Positions 1-13,789 of a DNA stretch of 64,000 nucleotides are shown here, in pieces. Numbering within the stretch: the first letter of the stretch is position 1; each line of letters begins with the position of its first letter. Made by a program: the position numbers and the translations under genes. The notes under the pieces were generated by a model, which was not told the origin of the DNA, did no database searches, and saw only the letters and a program-made list of their open reading frames with translations. Origin of the DNA: an uncultured delta proteobacterium (GTDB lineage Bacteria > Myxococcota_A > UBA9160 > UBA4427). Location of the stretch: the NCBI GenBank assembly GCA_963822965.1, contig CAWGJT010000014.1:128001-192000 (forward strand), read 5' to 3'.

Positions 1-285
1 CTTGCGTCCGTCTAGCGCAAGCTCGACCCGGGCGTCCAGGGGCTCCATGTGATCCAGCGGGCGCCAGGTCTCCGGCGATTCGGTCTGCCGTCCGTTCGCG
101 TCGAGCTGCTGCTGGAAATAGCCCTTGCGGTGGATGAGGGTGACCGCGACGAGCCACAGCCCGAGGTCGGCCGCCGAGCGCAGGGTGTCACCGGCCAGCA
201 CGCCGAGGCCGCCCGAGTAGGTGGGGATGCCCGCTTCGAGGGCAATCTCCATCGAGAAGTAGGCAATCAGCGGCTCGCGCTTCAT
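1..285 (-). CDS. glgP: Alpha-glucan (glycogen/maltodextrin) phosphorylase, 5' part; runs off the left edge
   Basis: Translated by hand from the ATG at 285: [42 protein letters not shown]...[11 protein letters not shown]. The YFSME and [11 protein letters not shown] motifs are typical of this family. Not in the ORF track because it is truncated. Confidence 0.92.
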   Translation of the reverse strand, partial: MKREPLIAYFSMEIALEAGIPTYSGGLGVLAGDTLRSAADLGLWLVAVTLIHRKGYFQQQLDANGRQTESPETWRPLDHMEPLDARVELALDGRK

Positions 286-575
286 CTTCGGCCCCCCAAC
301 CGAACCTCGCGCAGATGCTTCCACTGCGCCGGTCCCGCGTCAAACGGCCGCACGCCGGGGCGGACTTCCTCGGGTGCGTTGACCGCATCGGTGCACCCCG
401 ACCGGAAGCCATGGCTCGTATCTGCCCGATCGAGCCGGCGGTGGGTCGACTCCTCCGGAACGCAACGCGTCCGGCGCATGGTTTGCATGCGAGTGCCGGT
501 CGACAACAGAGAACGATCGGAACAAATCACGTGCCACGGCAGTCCAACGGGCAGCCTCGGTAGGTAGGTCTTTCC

Positions 576-1823
576 ATGCAATTCCATATTCTCTCCTTCG
601 AGGGCCCGGATCCCTACTCGCGCGCGGGGGGGCTCGCCACGCGGGTCGAGGGGCTGAGCGAAACCCTGGCCGACCAGGGCTTCGACACCCACCTGTGGTT
701 CATCGGCGATCCCTCCCTCTCGGGACACGAGCGACGCGGACGACTTCACCTGCATCGCTGGTGCCAGTGGGTGAGTCGCCACCACCAGGGCGGGGTGTAC
801 GACGGAGACGTCGGAAAGGCCGCCGAGCTCGCCCGGTCCCTGCCCCCCCATCTGCTCGGCACCCTGCGGCCCCATCTGGAGAGCGGTGGCCGGGCGGTGA
901 TCCTGGCCGAGGAGTGGCAGACCGCCGACACGGTCCTGCACGTCGACTGGCTCCTGCGGGTAACGGGGCTGCGAGACCGGGTGACCGTCCTGTGGAACGC
1001 CAACAACACCTTCGGCTTCGACCGCATCGAGTGGGGCCGTCTGGGCCGGGCGGCGCGGATCACCACGGTGAGCCGCTACATGAAGCACTGCATGCACCGG
1101 GTCGGGGCCGACCCGTTGGTGATCCCCAACGGTCTCGGCACCGACGCCTTCGACCGTCCGGTTCCGGGCGCCATCGACGCGCTGCGAAGCCGCATGAAGG
1201 ACCGCACGGTGCTGACCAAGATGGCGCGCTTCGATCCGGACAAGCGTTGGCTGGCCAGCATCGACATCGTGGCGGAGCTGAAGCGCCTCGGGTTCCAGCC
1301 GCTGCTGCTGGCGCGAGGGGGCTCCGAGCCCCACGGCGGGGAGGTGCTGCACGCGGCCCGGCAGCGCGGCCTTCGCATCGTCGAGAGAGCCTGGGGCGAT
1401 CCCGGCGTCCGGGGCCTGGCGATGGCCCTCGACGACCTCGCCGGGGTGGACGTCGTCCACCTGAAGAGCCACGTCGATCCGGCCGCACGGCGCGCGCTCT
1501 TCCAGGCGTCCCACGCCGTGCTCGCCAACAGCGGCCACGAGCCCTTCGGCCTCGTCGGTCTCGAGACGATGGCGGCCGGCGGGCTGGCGTGTACGGGCTG
1601 CTCGGGGGAGGACTATGCGGTTCCGGGGCAGAACGCCATCGTGCTCGAGACGGGCGATCCGCAGGAGTTCGTGAGCCTGTACCGCCGGATGCGCGCGGCG
1701 CCCGAGATCGAGGCCCGGATGCGCCGGGCCGGACGCGCGACGGCCCGCGGCTACGCTTGGCCCGAGGTCGTCGGGTCGGTGCTGCTGCCGCGGGTGGACC
1801 TGGCGTTCGCGCCTGCGGCCTGA
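576..1823 (+). CDS. GT4 family (GT-B) glycosyltransferase
   Basis: 415 aa. N-terminal SFEGPDPYSRAGGL and the C-terminal EPFGLVGLETMAAG GT4 signature. Confidence 0.88.
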   Translation: MQFHILSFEGPDPYSRAGGLATRVEGLSETLADQGFDTHLWFIGDPSLSGHERRGRLHLHRWCQWVSRHHQGGVYDGDVGKAAELARSLPPHLLGTLRPHLESGGRAVILAEEWQTADTVLHVDWLLRVTGLRDRVTVLWNANNTFGFDRIEWGRLGRAARITTVSRYMKHCMHRVGADPLVIPNGLGTDAFDRPVPGAIDALRSRMKDRTVLTKMARFDPDKRWLASIDIVAELKRLGFQPLLLARGGSEPHGGEVLHAARQRGLRIVERAWGDPGVRGLAMALDDLAGVDVVHLKSHVDPAARRALFQASHAVLANSGHEPFGLVGLETMAAGGLACTGCSGEDYAVPGQNAIVLETGDPQEFVSLYRRMRAAPEIEARMRRAGRATARGYAWPEVVGSVLLPRVDLAFAPAA

Positions 1824-3961
1824 GACCGGCGGCTCCGGGGCACGGCGGCCATCGCCGCCCGGGCCACCGGGTGCGCGGGCAGGTCTTCTACGTCCGTCCG
1901 CACGGCTCGCGTCCAGCTGGGATGCACCGCGGGTGACACGCCCGGCAGGTTCTGGGGCTCGGCCTCTCCCGCCAGGTCGTCCACCGCGAGACCGACGAGC
2001 AGACACGCCGTGTCGCACAGGAAGCGGGTGGTGGCTGCCGCCAGGGCGGCGTCGTCCGCCAGCGGGTCGCCGTCGAAGGGGAGATCGCGGCGCAGCAGCT
2101 GCTGCAGCTCGACGCGGCTCCGGCGCTCGCGCTCGAAGTCGGCCGGCTCCAGGAGCTGGCCGGCCCGGCGTCGCAGCTCCAGGTCGGCCTCGCCGCGCCA
2201 GGCCGCCAGGGGCGGCAGGTCGTGGGTGGAGGCCGTGGCCAGCGCCCGGCGAGGCCAGGCACGCGGCGGCGTGAGCCCCTGCTCGTCGCGCTCGAAGAGC
2301 AGCACGCGCGAAGACAGCAGGCCCCGCTCCCGGATCGACTCCGAGAAGCCTTCCGGCACGGTACCCAGGTCCTCCGCGACGACCAGCGCGCGCTGGCGGT
2401 GGCTCTCGAGCGCCAGCACGCCCAGGAGATCCTCCTCGGGATACGCGACGTAGGCACCTTCGCTGGGGGCTCGTCCGGCGGGGATCCAGAAGAGGCGCCG
2501 CAGCCACAGCGCGTGGTCGATGCGCACGGCGCCGGCGTGGGCGAAGGTCGCGCGCAGCATCCGCGACCACAGGCGGTAGCCGTCCCGGGCGAGCGCCGCC
2601 GGATCCAGGGGTGGAAAGGACCAGTCCTGACCCGTGGGCGCGAAGTCGTCCGGCGGCGCGCCCGTGGAGGCCCCGGCGTAGAGGGAGCCGCCATGCCACT
2701 CGTCGGCGCCACCCGCCGCGCTTCCGAGGGCGAGGTCGGTGCAGAGCCCCAGGGCCAGGCCGCGCCTGCGCGCGTCGGCGGCCAGCTCGCCCAGCTGGCG
2801 GTCGAGCTCGAACTGGAGCCACGCGTGCAGCGAGATCGCGTCCGCGCGCCCGGTCTGCAACGCCTGCACTGCCGGGCCGTGGCGGTCGCGCAGGGGCTCC
2901 GGCCAGCGGCGCCAGTCCCAGGCCGTCTCCGGCGCGGCGCCTTCCCGCTCCAGCATTTCGGCCACCACCATGAAGGTCGCGAAGCCTTCCAGGGCGTCTC
3001 CCTGCTCGGCGCGGTAGCGCGCGAACGCTTCACCCCGGGCGCTGGGCCGGCGTCGCTCGCGGGCCTGGAAGGTCTCGAACAGGTGCTGGTGCAGATCGCG
3101 CAGCAGGGCGGCCGCCGCAGGCTGGTCGATGCGCGGCGCGCTCTGCAGCCGGCGGCGCGTCTCGAGCACCGCCGCGCTCGAAGCCAGCCGCTGTGCGGCC
3201 TCGCAGTCTGCCCATTCGGGCGTCCGCTCGGGCGCCAGGTAGATGGGATTGCGGAAGAGGCGCGAGATCGGCCAATAGGGACAGACGCGTTCCTCCCGGT
3301 TCGCCAGGGCGTGCAGGGGGCTCGAAGCGACGAAGGCGCCGCCCAGGCGGGCTGTCCAGTCGACCAGGCTGTGCAGGCTCGCCACATCCCCCACCCCGAA
3401 GCCGTCGCGCCGGCGCGTCGCATACAGCTGCACGACCAGCCCGAAGGCACCCTCCGGCGGCAGGGCGGACTCCGGCGCCCAGGCACCGTCGGGCACGATG
3501 ACGAGGCGCTGTGCGGCGTGCTGCCTTCCCACGGGTCGCGTGAGCGATACCTCGAGGTCGTACTCGCCCAGGGGCAGGTCGGCGGGCAGGGGCAGGTGGG
3601 GAAATGCGCCGGGACCGATCCGACCGCCGAGCTCGCGATCGCCGTGTTCCGATCGCAGGGAGGCCTCGAAGGGGGCCGGATGCGATCCGATCGCGTCGGA
3701 GGAGATCGGGACGCCCCGGGCCAGCTGCGACCGGGCCAGCACGTACACGGGCTCGAGCCAGCGCACCGTTCGGGCCTGCAGCAGGGCCGCCAGGCTGTAG
3801 GCGGCCTCGGCCTCGCTGCCGGCGGCGTGCCCCATGGCCTCGAGGAGGGCGACCCGGGTCTCGTCGGAGGTGGCGTGCCAGTGGCCGTTGCCGGCCCGAT
3901 GGTAGCCGTCCGCGATGCCGCAGTGGGTCGCGAGCGCGCGCAGCTCGGGTCGCGTGCTCAT
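1751..3961 (-). CDS. malQ: 4-alpha-glucanotransferase (amylomaltase, GH77)
   Basis: Motifs GAPPDDFAPTGQDW, RIDH, VVAEDLGTVP, STHDLP and QNLPG. Lies directly downstream of glgX. Confidence 0.93.
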   Translation of the reverse strand: MSTRPELRALATHCGIADGYHRAGNGHWHATSDETRVALLEAMGHAAGSEAEAAYSLAALLQARTVRWLEPVYVLARSQLARGVPISSDAIGSHPAPFEASLRSEHGDRELGGRIGPGAFPHLPLPADLPLGEYDLEVSLTRPVGRQHAAQRLVIVPDGAWAPESALPPEGAFGLVVQLYATRRRDGFGVGDVASLHSLVDWTARLGGAFVASSPLHALANREERVCPYWPISRLFRNPIYLAPERTPEWADCEAAQRLASSAAVLETRRRLQSAPRIDQPAAAALLRDLHQHLFETFQARERRRPSARGEAFARYRAEQGDALEGFATFMVVAEMLEREGAAPETAWDWRRWPEPLRDRHGPAVQALQTGRADAISLHAWLQFELDRQLGELAADARRRGLALGLCTDLALGSAAGGADEWHGGSLYAGASTGAPPDDFAPTGQDWSFPPLDPAALARDGYRLWSRMLRATFAHAGAVRIDHALWLRRLFWIPAGRAPSEGAYVAYPEEDLLGVLALESHRQRALVVAEDLGTVPEGFSESIRERGLLSSRVLLFERDEQGLTPPRAWPRRALATASTHDLPPLAAWRGEADLELRRRAGQLLEPADFERERRSRVELQQLLRRDLPFDGDPLADDAALAAATTRFLCDTACLLVGLAVDDLAGEAEPQNLPGVSPAVHPSWTRAVRTDVEDLPAHPVARAAMAAVPRSRRSQAAGANARSTRGSSTDPTTSGQA

Positions 3962-3983
3962 CCGTCGTCTCCGGGACCCTGGC

Positions 3984-6113
<2,130 letters not shown>

Positions 6114-6176
6114 GACGGCTCCTCCCGCGCCGCCGCCGGAACGCACCGGGACGCGCCGCAAGGAGCATACGCTGGC

Positions 6177-6219
6177 CGCCGGGGCCGCGCAGCGCGATCG
6201 CCGGGGCCGCGCAGCGCGA
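6177..6219. repeat. Tandem duplication of CGCCGGGGCCGCGCAGCGCGA (two copies, 22-nt period)
   Basis: Exact copies at 6177-6197 and 6199-6219, between the HlyD-gene stop and the glgX upstream region. Confidence 0.8.
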
Positions 6220-6230
6220 CGGCCGCCGCC

Positions 6231-7436
6231 TCAGCGCGAGACGACGCGGACGCCCTCGGCGACGCGATCGCTCGGGTAGAGGACCACGGTCTCCCCGGGC
6301 TCGATCCCGGAGACGATCTCGGCCTGGAGTCCGGTGGAGCGACCGCGCTCGACGGATCGCTTCCGGGCCACACCGTCCTCCACCAAGAACACCGCGAAGC
6401 CGCCGTCGCTGCGGAACAGCGCGGAGAGCGGGAGCGCCAGCACGTCCTCGCCCTCCCACAGCACGATGCGCGCCTCGACGCGGTAGCCGTGGCCGAGGCG
6501 CTTCCAGCGCTCGGGCGGATCGGTGAGGTCGATGATCACGTTGACCCGCTGCTCCTCGATTCCCAGCGCCGAGACCTTGGTGAAGCCGAAGGGCTCGACG
6601 CGCCGCACGCGGCCGGCGAGCGTCCCGTCACCGCCCCACTCGTCGAGCATCACCCGCTGTCCGACCTCGACCTTCACCGCGTCGGCGGAGAGCAGGTCCA
6701 CCACCACCTCGAGGTCGCGCGGGTCGCCGATCTCGACCAGCGGCTCGCCGGCCTGGACCACGCCCTCGCTCTCCCGCACCAGCCGCAGCACCGTTCCCGA
6801 GACCGGCGCCCGGATCGGGATGCACTCGCAATGATCGTGGGGATTGTTGGCCTCGAGGGAGGAGACCATGCGGGCGCGCGCCTGGTCGAGCTCGAAGATG
6901 CGCGCCTGCAGGGCCGCGCGTGCGGTCTCCAGGGCGGCGCGCCGGGTCCGGTAGGCGAGCAGGGCGTTGTCGATGTCGCGCTTGGCCGCGACGCCCGATG
7001 CCAGCAGCCCGAGCTGTCGCTCGAGGTCGGAAGACGCGAAGTCGAGCTCGGCCTTCGCCTGGTCCACCCCGGCGCGCGCCAGGTCGCGGCCGGCCTCGGC
7101 GGCCCGGATGGCGGCTTCGCCCTCGATCTCCGTGCGGGCGTCGAGCAGCGCGGGATCGATGGGCTCGATCTCCGTGATCACCGTCTCGCCTTCGACGACG
7201 GGGCTGCCGACCTCCACGTCGATGCGCCGTGCCCGACCGGTGACTGGCGCCGAGAGTAGGAACACGTCCCGGACCCGGGTCTCGCCCTCCTCGTCCACGG
7301 TGACGGTCATCGGGCCGCGTTCGGCGACCACCCAATCGACGGACACGGGCTGCGGCCGGAACGCCCAGACGAGTCCCCCGACGAGCGCCAGGGCGAGGGC
7401 TCCCCACAAGGTGATGCGACGCGCGCGAAGGGTCAT
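6231..7436 (-). CDS. HlyD-family/efflux periplasmic adaptor subunit
   Basis: N-terminal TM helix, lipoyl-like halves (APVTGR, IRAPVSG), alpha-hairpin, and VSALGIEEQRV. Confidence 0.9.
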   Translation of the reverse strand: MTLRARRITLWGALALALVGGLVWAFRPQPVSVDWVVAERGPMTVTVDEEGETRVRDVFLLSAPVTGRARRIDVEVGSPVVEGETVITEIEPIDPALLDARTEIEGEAAIRAAEAGRDLARAGVDQAKAELDFASSDLERQLGLLASGVAAKRDIDNALLAYRTRRAALETARAALQARIFELDQARARMVSSLEANNPHDHCECIPIRAPVSGTVLRLVRESEGVVQAGEPLVEIGDPRDLEVVVDLLSADAVKVEVGQRVMLDEWGGDGTLAGRVRRVEPFGFTKVSALGIEEQRVNVIIDLTDPPERWKRLGHGYRVEARIVLWEGEDVLALPLSALFRSDGGFAVFLVEDGVARKRSVERGRSTGLQAEIVSGIEPGETVVLYPSDRVAEGVRVVSR

Positions 7437-7443
7437 GTCGGTT

Positions 7444-9818
7444 TCACTCGCGGGTCTTCAGCACCCGGATCAGGTCCAGGTGGTCGAGGCGACTTCGTAC
7501 CAGCAACATGGAGGCCACCGTGGCCGCCACGGTGGTGAGCACCGCCCACCCGTAGGTGGACGACTCGATCACCAGGGGAACGCGGTACAGCTCGGTCTCG
7601 AAGCGGTTCGCGATGAGGTGGACGAGGGCGGTGCCCACGAGGATCCCCAGCGGCAGGCCAGCGAGCACCAGGAGGCCCACCTCGCCCAGCAGGATGTAGG
7701 AGATCTCCGCCCGGCTGAGACCCATGACGCGCAGGGTCGCCAGCTCGCGACCCCGCTCGGAGAGGGCGATGCGGGTGCTGTTGTAGGTCACGCCGAACGC
7801 CAGCATGCAGGCGAAGGCCGCGAAGAAAGAGATGAAGATCATCATGGTCTCCGCCATCGTCTCGTGGAACTTCACCACGGCGGCCTTGCGGATCATGACC
7901 GCGCCGACCTCGGGGATGCGTTTGAGCTCGCGATAGAGGGTCTTCTCGAGGGGCGGGTCCACCACCAGGTGCGCGAGACTCGCGCTCGGTCGTTCCCGCA
8001 TCAGGCGGTTCAGGGCGCCCATCGCCATCCAGGCGGGCGTGCCGAGATAGGTGTCCACGATGGCGGCCACCTCCACGTCGCGCACGGGGCGGCGGCCTTC
8101 GAGCACCTCCACCTGCACCGTGTCGCCCGCCCCCACCTCGAGGATCTCCGCGAGCTTCTTGGAGAGCACCAGGCCGTCCGCCGGAACCGCCACGGGGCCC
8201 CGCTCCGAGTCGTAGATCGGAGCCAGGGTCGCGTTCTCGGGCACGCCCCGGATCGCCTCCCGGTGCCGGCGCGGTCCGGCGCGAAGCCTGGCGGCCACGA
8301 TGCGTTCGGGCTCGGCGTGGAGCACGCCCGCCAGGTGCTCGAGCTCGCCGACCACGATGCTGCTCTGGGTCTCGCTGAGCGCCACGGTCACGTCCTGGTG
8401 CTGGGCGTCGACGAAGTAGGTCTGCACCATCTGATCGATGGCGTCGCTCCACTGCAGCGACGCGACGAGCAGCCCCACGGCCATGGCGATGCCCGTGGAG
8501 GTGACCAGCGAGCGGCCCGGCCAGCGCTGGATCGTGCGCAGGATCATTCTCGTCGGCTGGTCGAAGGGGCGGGCGAGGGTCGCCGCGAGGCCCGTCCGTC
8601 GGAACAGGGGCGGCGCGGGGGGGCGCATGGCCTCGGCGGGGGGCAGCCGCACCGCGGCTCGCACGGCGCGGAAGGTGCCGAGCAGCGCGGCCCCGAGGCT
8701 CACCGCGGTCGCCAGCACGAAGACGCCGGGGCTCGGCCGGAAGAAGAAGAAGGGAAAGCGGTAGAGCTCGGCGTAGATGCCCGTGGTGATCCACCCGAAC
8801 CACCAGCCCAGGGCGCAGCCCAGCAGGATTCCCACGGTGCCGATCACCAGCACGAGCTTCACGTAGTGCCAGCCGATCTCGACGTTCGAGTAGCCGAAGG
8901 CCTTGAGCAGCCCGATCTCCGAGCGCTCGATGGCGATCAGGCGGTTCAGCACCATGTTCGTCAGGAAGGCCGCCACCGCCAGGAAGATCGTGGGCATGAT
9001 GGTGGCCATGTTCGCGAGCTGGTCGATCTCGCTCATCAGGAACCAGTTCGAGATCTGGTCCTTGCGCTCGTAGGCGCCGATCCCGCCGTACGGCGCCAGC
9101 AGGTCGTCCAGGCGTGCGATCACCTCGCCCGCCTGGGCACCCCGCCAGAGCGAGAGCGCGACGTCGTTGAAGGCGCCATCGAGGTCGAAGGCGGCGGACA
9201 GGGCCTCGCGTCCCATCCAGACGATCCCGTAGCGCTGGTCGTCCGGCATCAGGGCGCCCGGGCCGATCGCGTAGACGAACTCGGGGGACAACGCGATTCC
9301 CACCACGTCGAGGCTTCGCAGGTGCCCGCCCACCACCGCCTGCAGGTGGTCGCCCGGATGGAGGCGGTGGGCCTCCGCGAACGCCTCGCTGAGCACCGCC
9401 TCGTCCGGGTTCCCCGGCAGCACCGAGCGTCCCGCGCGCAGCGTCAGGCGATCGAGCACGGGCTCCCCGCGCTCCGGAATCGACCGGAGGTGGCCGATCA
9501 CCGGCTCTTCGAAGCCCGGCACGTCCAGCAGCGCGAGCTTGGAGATGCGCGCCTCCACGGCCTGCACGCCGGGAATCTCCGCGATGCGGACGGCCACGCG
9601 ATCCGGGGCGCGCTTCAGGGTGGCGAAGACGTGGGCGAATCGTTGTCGCTCGTAGTAGGCGGTGGCCGTGTCGCGCAGGGCCTGCAGCGCGCCCAGGGAC
9701 ATCACCAGCACGGCGACGCCCGAGGCGATCACCATTCCGACGGCGAGCACCTGGCCACGCAGACGCCACAGGTCGCGCAACAGCTTGCGGTCGAGGGGAT
9801 GCAGGAGTCGACCGGGGC

Positions 9819-9822
<4 letters not shown>
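7444..9822 (-). CDS. ABC transporter permease (duplicated MacB/FtsX-type)
   Basis: GTG 9822 overlaps the ATPase stop. [15 protein letters not shown] start; two FtsX halves ([25 protein letters not shown]). Confidence 0.9.
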
Positions 9823-10556
<734 letters not shown>

Positions 10557-10743
10557 GGTTCTCGAGCCTCGTCGATCGTCGGAGAGGAGCGAGCGACTGT
10601 ATCGTTCCGCCGGCGGGCCGACGAGGAACTTCGGCCCGATCCCTTTGGCCGACCCCGGCTCGAGCCGGTTCGGCCCCGCCGGCGGCGCCGGCGGCCGATC
10701 CACGCGAAACTGGCTCTGCGACAAGCCGGGAGGTGTCCGTTGC

Positions 10744-11274
10744 ATGGATGAGCTCGACGTCGAGGATCGGATCGTCGCCTCGATCCGACGCGTGATCCGC
10801 GCCATCGACCTGCATTCGCGGCGCCTGATGGATCGCTACGAGCTGACCGGACCCCAGCTCGCCATCTTGCGGGAAGCCCAGCGGCTCGACGGTGTGTCTC
10901 CGAGCGCGCTCGCGCGCGCCGTCCACCTGAGCCAGCCGACGGTCTCGGGCATCCTGAGCCGGCTCGAGCGGCGCGGACTCGTGTGCCGGGAGCAGTCCGC
11001 CGGCGATCGCCGCAGCGTGCTGATCCGGGTGACCCCGGAAGGGGAGGCGATGCTCGAGGAGGCGCCGTCCCTGCTGCAGGACCACTTCCGAGCGGAGCTG
11101 GCGCGTCTCGAGGACTGGGAGCGCCACTGGCTGCTGGCTGCTCTCGAGCGAATCGCCTCCATGATGGACGCCCAATCGATCGACGCGGCGCCGATCCTCC
11201 AGACCGGCCCGGTCGCGACGTCCGAGGACGCGGAGCGACGGCCGAGCTCCGAGGACGCCGAGACGCGCGGCTGA
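10744..11274 (+). CDS. MarR family regulator, EctR/CosR-like
   Basis: [19 protein letters not shown]...LTGPQL...[20 protein letters not shown]...DRRSV...[17 protein letters not shown] upstream of the ATG. Confidence 0.88.
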   Translation: MDELDVEDRIVASIRRVIRAIDLHSRRLMDRYELTGPQLAILREAQRLDGVSPSALARAVHLSQPTVSGILSRLERRGLVCREQSAGDRRSVLIRVTPEGEAMLEEAPSLLQDHFRAELARLEDWERHWLLAALERIASMMDAQSIDAAPILQTGPVATSEDAERRPSSEDAETRG

Positions 11275-11298
11275 GTCACCCGCGCGCTCGAGGACGCG

Positions 11299-13530
11299 TC
11301 AGACCCGGAAGCGCCTCACGGCGTCGCGCAGGGCTTCGGCCTGTCGTTCGAGGTCTCCCACCGCGCTCGCCATCTCGGCGGCGGAGGCCTCGTGTGAGCG
11401 CGTGAGCTCCATCGACCGGCGAACCACCGAGGCCACCTCGCGGCTGGCCGCGCCCTGCTGGGCGAGTCCCTGGGTGATCTCGCGCACCGTTCGCTGCACG
11501 TCCTCGACGCTCTGGCCGATGCGCGAGGTGCCGCCCGTCTGGAGGTCGACGGCGTGCCGCATGCGTTCGGCGACGTTGCACAGGGCGTTCGAGCTTCGCT
11601 GCACCGTGGCGTTGGCATCGACCTGCGCCCGGGTGACCGCGCGAATGCGTTCGACGCCGGTGCGCAGGGTCTCCAGGTGCTCCACCATCGTCGCGGCCGC
11701 CACCATCTGCTGGGCCGTCGAGGAGGCGCTCTCGGTCATGTGATCGCCGCTCTCCCGGGCCGCGCTCGTGATCTCGGCGAGGGAGGCCTCGGCCTGCCGG
11801 ATGAGGGTGGCGCCCTCCCGCGCCCGGGCGGTACCTCGCGAGATGGAGCTCGCCGCGTTCGCCGTCTCCTGCTGCACGGCACGCACCACCGCCTCGATCT
11901 CCCGGGTGCCCGCCTGCACGCGTTCACACACCGCCTTCATCTCGTCGGCCACCACCGCGAAGGCCTTGCCGCGCTCGCCGGCCTGGGCGGCGATGATGGC
12001 CGCGTTCAGCGCCAGCAGGTTGGTCTCGTCCGACACGTCGTCGATCACGGTGAGGATGGTGCCGATCTCCGCGGCCCGCTGATTCAGGGCCTGGATCACG
12101 CGCTCGGACTCCTCGATCGTCTCCCGCGTGGCCTCCATGCCCTGGACGGCGTCGCGCACGATCTGGCGCCCGCGCTCCGCGGTCTCGACCACGCCGCTCG
12201 AGAGGCGCGCGGTCTCCTCGGCGTTCTTGCTGACGGTGCGGGCGGCGCTCGCCACCTCCGTGGCGCTGCTGGTGGCGGTCTCCGTCGCCGGGAGCAGCCC
12301 CTCGGCGTCGTCGGCCACGCGGACCGAGCGCTCGATCACCTGCTCGAGCGAGCGGATGATCTCGTCGCTGCGATCGGAGAGCTCGCTGGCGTTCTCGCGC
12401 AGGGCCTCTCCGGATTCGGCGAGCTCGCGGAACGAAGCCGTCGAGCCGTCCACCGAGAGATCCAGGCTGTGGGCGGACTCGCCCGCGGACTTCGCGATGC
12501 GATCGATGAGCTGCTCGATCTCGGCCAGGGTCGTCGCCGCCTCGTCGTTGCCGCGTTGCTGCTCCTGGGTGACGGCGAGGAAGCGTCCCGTACCCTGGGC
12601 GATCGTGCCGGCCGTGGCCTCCACGCGATCGGCCGCCGCCGCCACCTGACGGATGGTGCCGGCCAGCTCGTGGGTCATCTCCTCGAAGGCGCGCACCACG
12701 TCGCCGATCTCGTCGGCCCGGTCGGTGGCGTCCAGCCGGCGCGTGAGATCGCCTTCCCCGATGCGGTGCGCGGCGAGCTGCACCTCCTGGATCGGGCGGA
12801 CGAGCCCGCGCGAGACCACCCAGCTCACCCCGAAGGCCAGCGCCAGCCCGAGCGCGGCGGCGAGACCCAGGTGGAGCCGGGCGTTGTGCATGGCCGCCCG
12901 CTCGGCCTGGAGCGACGACGCTACCCGCAGCTCGAGCCCGTCCAGGCGCAGCACCGTGCGCTGGAGCTCGGCCGTGGTCGGCCCGCCCGGCGTGCCGAAG
13001 GAGACCTCGGCGCCGCACAGCTCGGACCACACGGCGAGGGTGTCGGCCTCCAGCGGCTCGACCGCCAGCAGGCGCCCCGCGCGCGAGAGCCGCGTGCTCA
13101 CCACCGCGTAGGGCCGGCCGTCGTGCGCCACGAGCCCATTGCTCTCGACGGGCAGCGCCGCGGCGTCGAGCGCGGACTCGCCGGCCGCGGCGGCGACCCG
13201 GCCGTCGGGTCGCACGAAGGCGATGCGGGCCGCGTCGTGCTGTTGGAGCAGGGTCTCGGCGTAGTGGGCGAGGGTGGGCGCGTGGTCGATCTCCAGGGTG
13301 GCGCGGAACTGCGGCGTGCCGGAGACGGCGCGGTAGCGCTCGGCCATGGCGGTGAGGTGGCCTTCGAGCAGGCGTTCGGCGGCCACCGCGGCGTTGTCGA
13401 GACGCTGCTCGGCGGCGCGCTCGAGATCGGCGGAGAGGTTCCGCTCCTGCAGCACCAGCACGAGGCCGGTGCTCGCGGCAGCCACGCCGCACATGACGGC
13501 GAGCAGGCGACCGAAGAGCCCCCGGATCAC
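11299..13530 (-). CDS. Methyl-accepting chemotaxis protein (two TM helices, HAMP, long signalling domain)
   Basis: HAMP segment DEIGDVVRAFEEM and hairpin tip TNLLALNAAIIAAQAGERGKAFAVVADE. Confidence 0.9.
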   Translation of the reverse strand: MIRGLFGRLLAVMCGVAAASTGLVLVLQERNLSADLERAAEQRLDNAAVAAERLLEGHLTAMAERYRAVSGTPQFRATLEIDHAPTLAHYAETLLQQHDAARIAFVRPDGRVAAAAGESALDAAALPVESNGLVAHDGRPYAVVSTRLSRAGRLLAVEPLEADTLAVWSELCGAEVSFGTPGGPTTAELQRTVLRLDGLELRVASSLQAERAAMHNARLHLGLAAALGLALAFGVSWVVSRGLVRPIQEVQLAAHRIGEGDLTRRLDATDRADEIGDVVRAFEEMTHELAGTIRQVAAAADRVEATAGTIAQGTGRFLAVTQEQQRGNDEAATTLAEIEQLIDRIAKSAGESAHSLDLSVDGSTASFRELAESGEALRENASELSDRSDEIIRSLEQVIERSVRVADDAEGLLPATETATSSATEVASAARTVSKNAEETARLSSGVVETAERGRQIVRDAVQGMEATRETIEESERVIQALNQRAAEIGTILTVIDDVSDETNLLALNAAIIAAQAGERGKAFAVVADEMKAVCERVQAGTREIEAVVRAVQQETANAASSISRGTARAREGATLIRQAEASLAEITSAARESGDHMTESASSTAQQMVAAATMVEHLETLRTGVERIRAVTRAQVDANATVQRSSNALCNVAERMRHAVDLQTGGTSRIGQSVEDVQRTVREITQGLAQQGAASREVASVVRRSMELTRSHEASAAEMASAVGDLERQAEALRDAVRRFRV

Positions 13531-13789
13531 GCGCCGGCACTCCGTCGGGCCGCGTGCGAGGTGGCGCAGGAGCCAGCATGCTGCAAGGAATCGTCTCCCG
13601 CCGGCGGTTGCCGGGCCTGCCGCCCGACCTGCAGGGGAAGTCGCCGACCCGCCTGATTCAAAAGGGCTTTCGGAAGACGCGGAGAATCTCTTGAGCGGCT
13701 CCCGCTGCCGCCGGGATGCGTCATCCTCCCGGGCGCCGGGCCCGAGCGGCTCGCCTTTCCGGCGAGCGCGCGTCCCGGGGAGGATCCGC

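Noticed and set aside
282..488. Small minus-strand ORF whose stop overlaps the glgP ATG
   Set aside because: No recognisable motif or clear SD; probably the tail of a shadow ORF in the promoter region.
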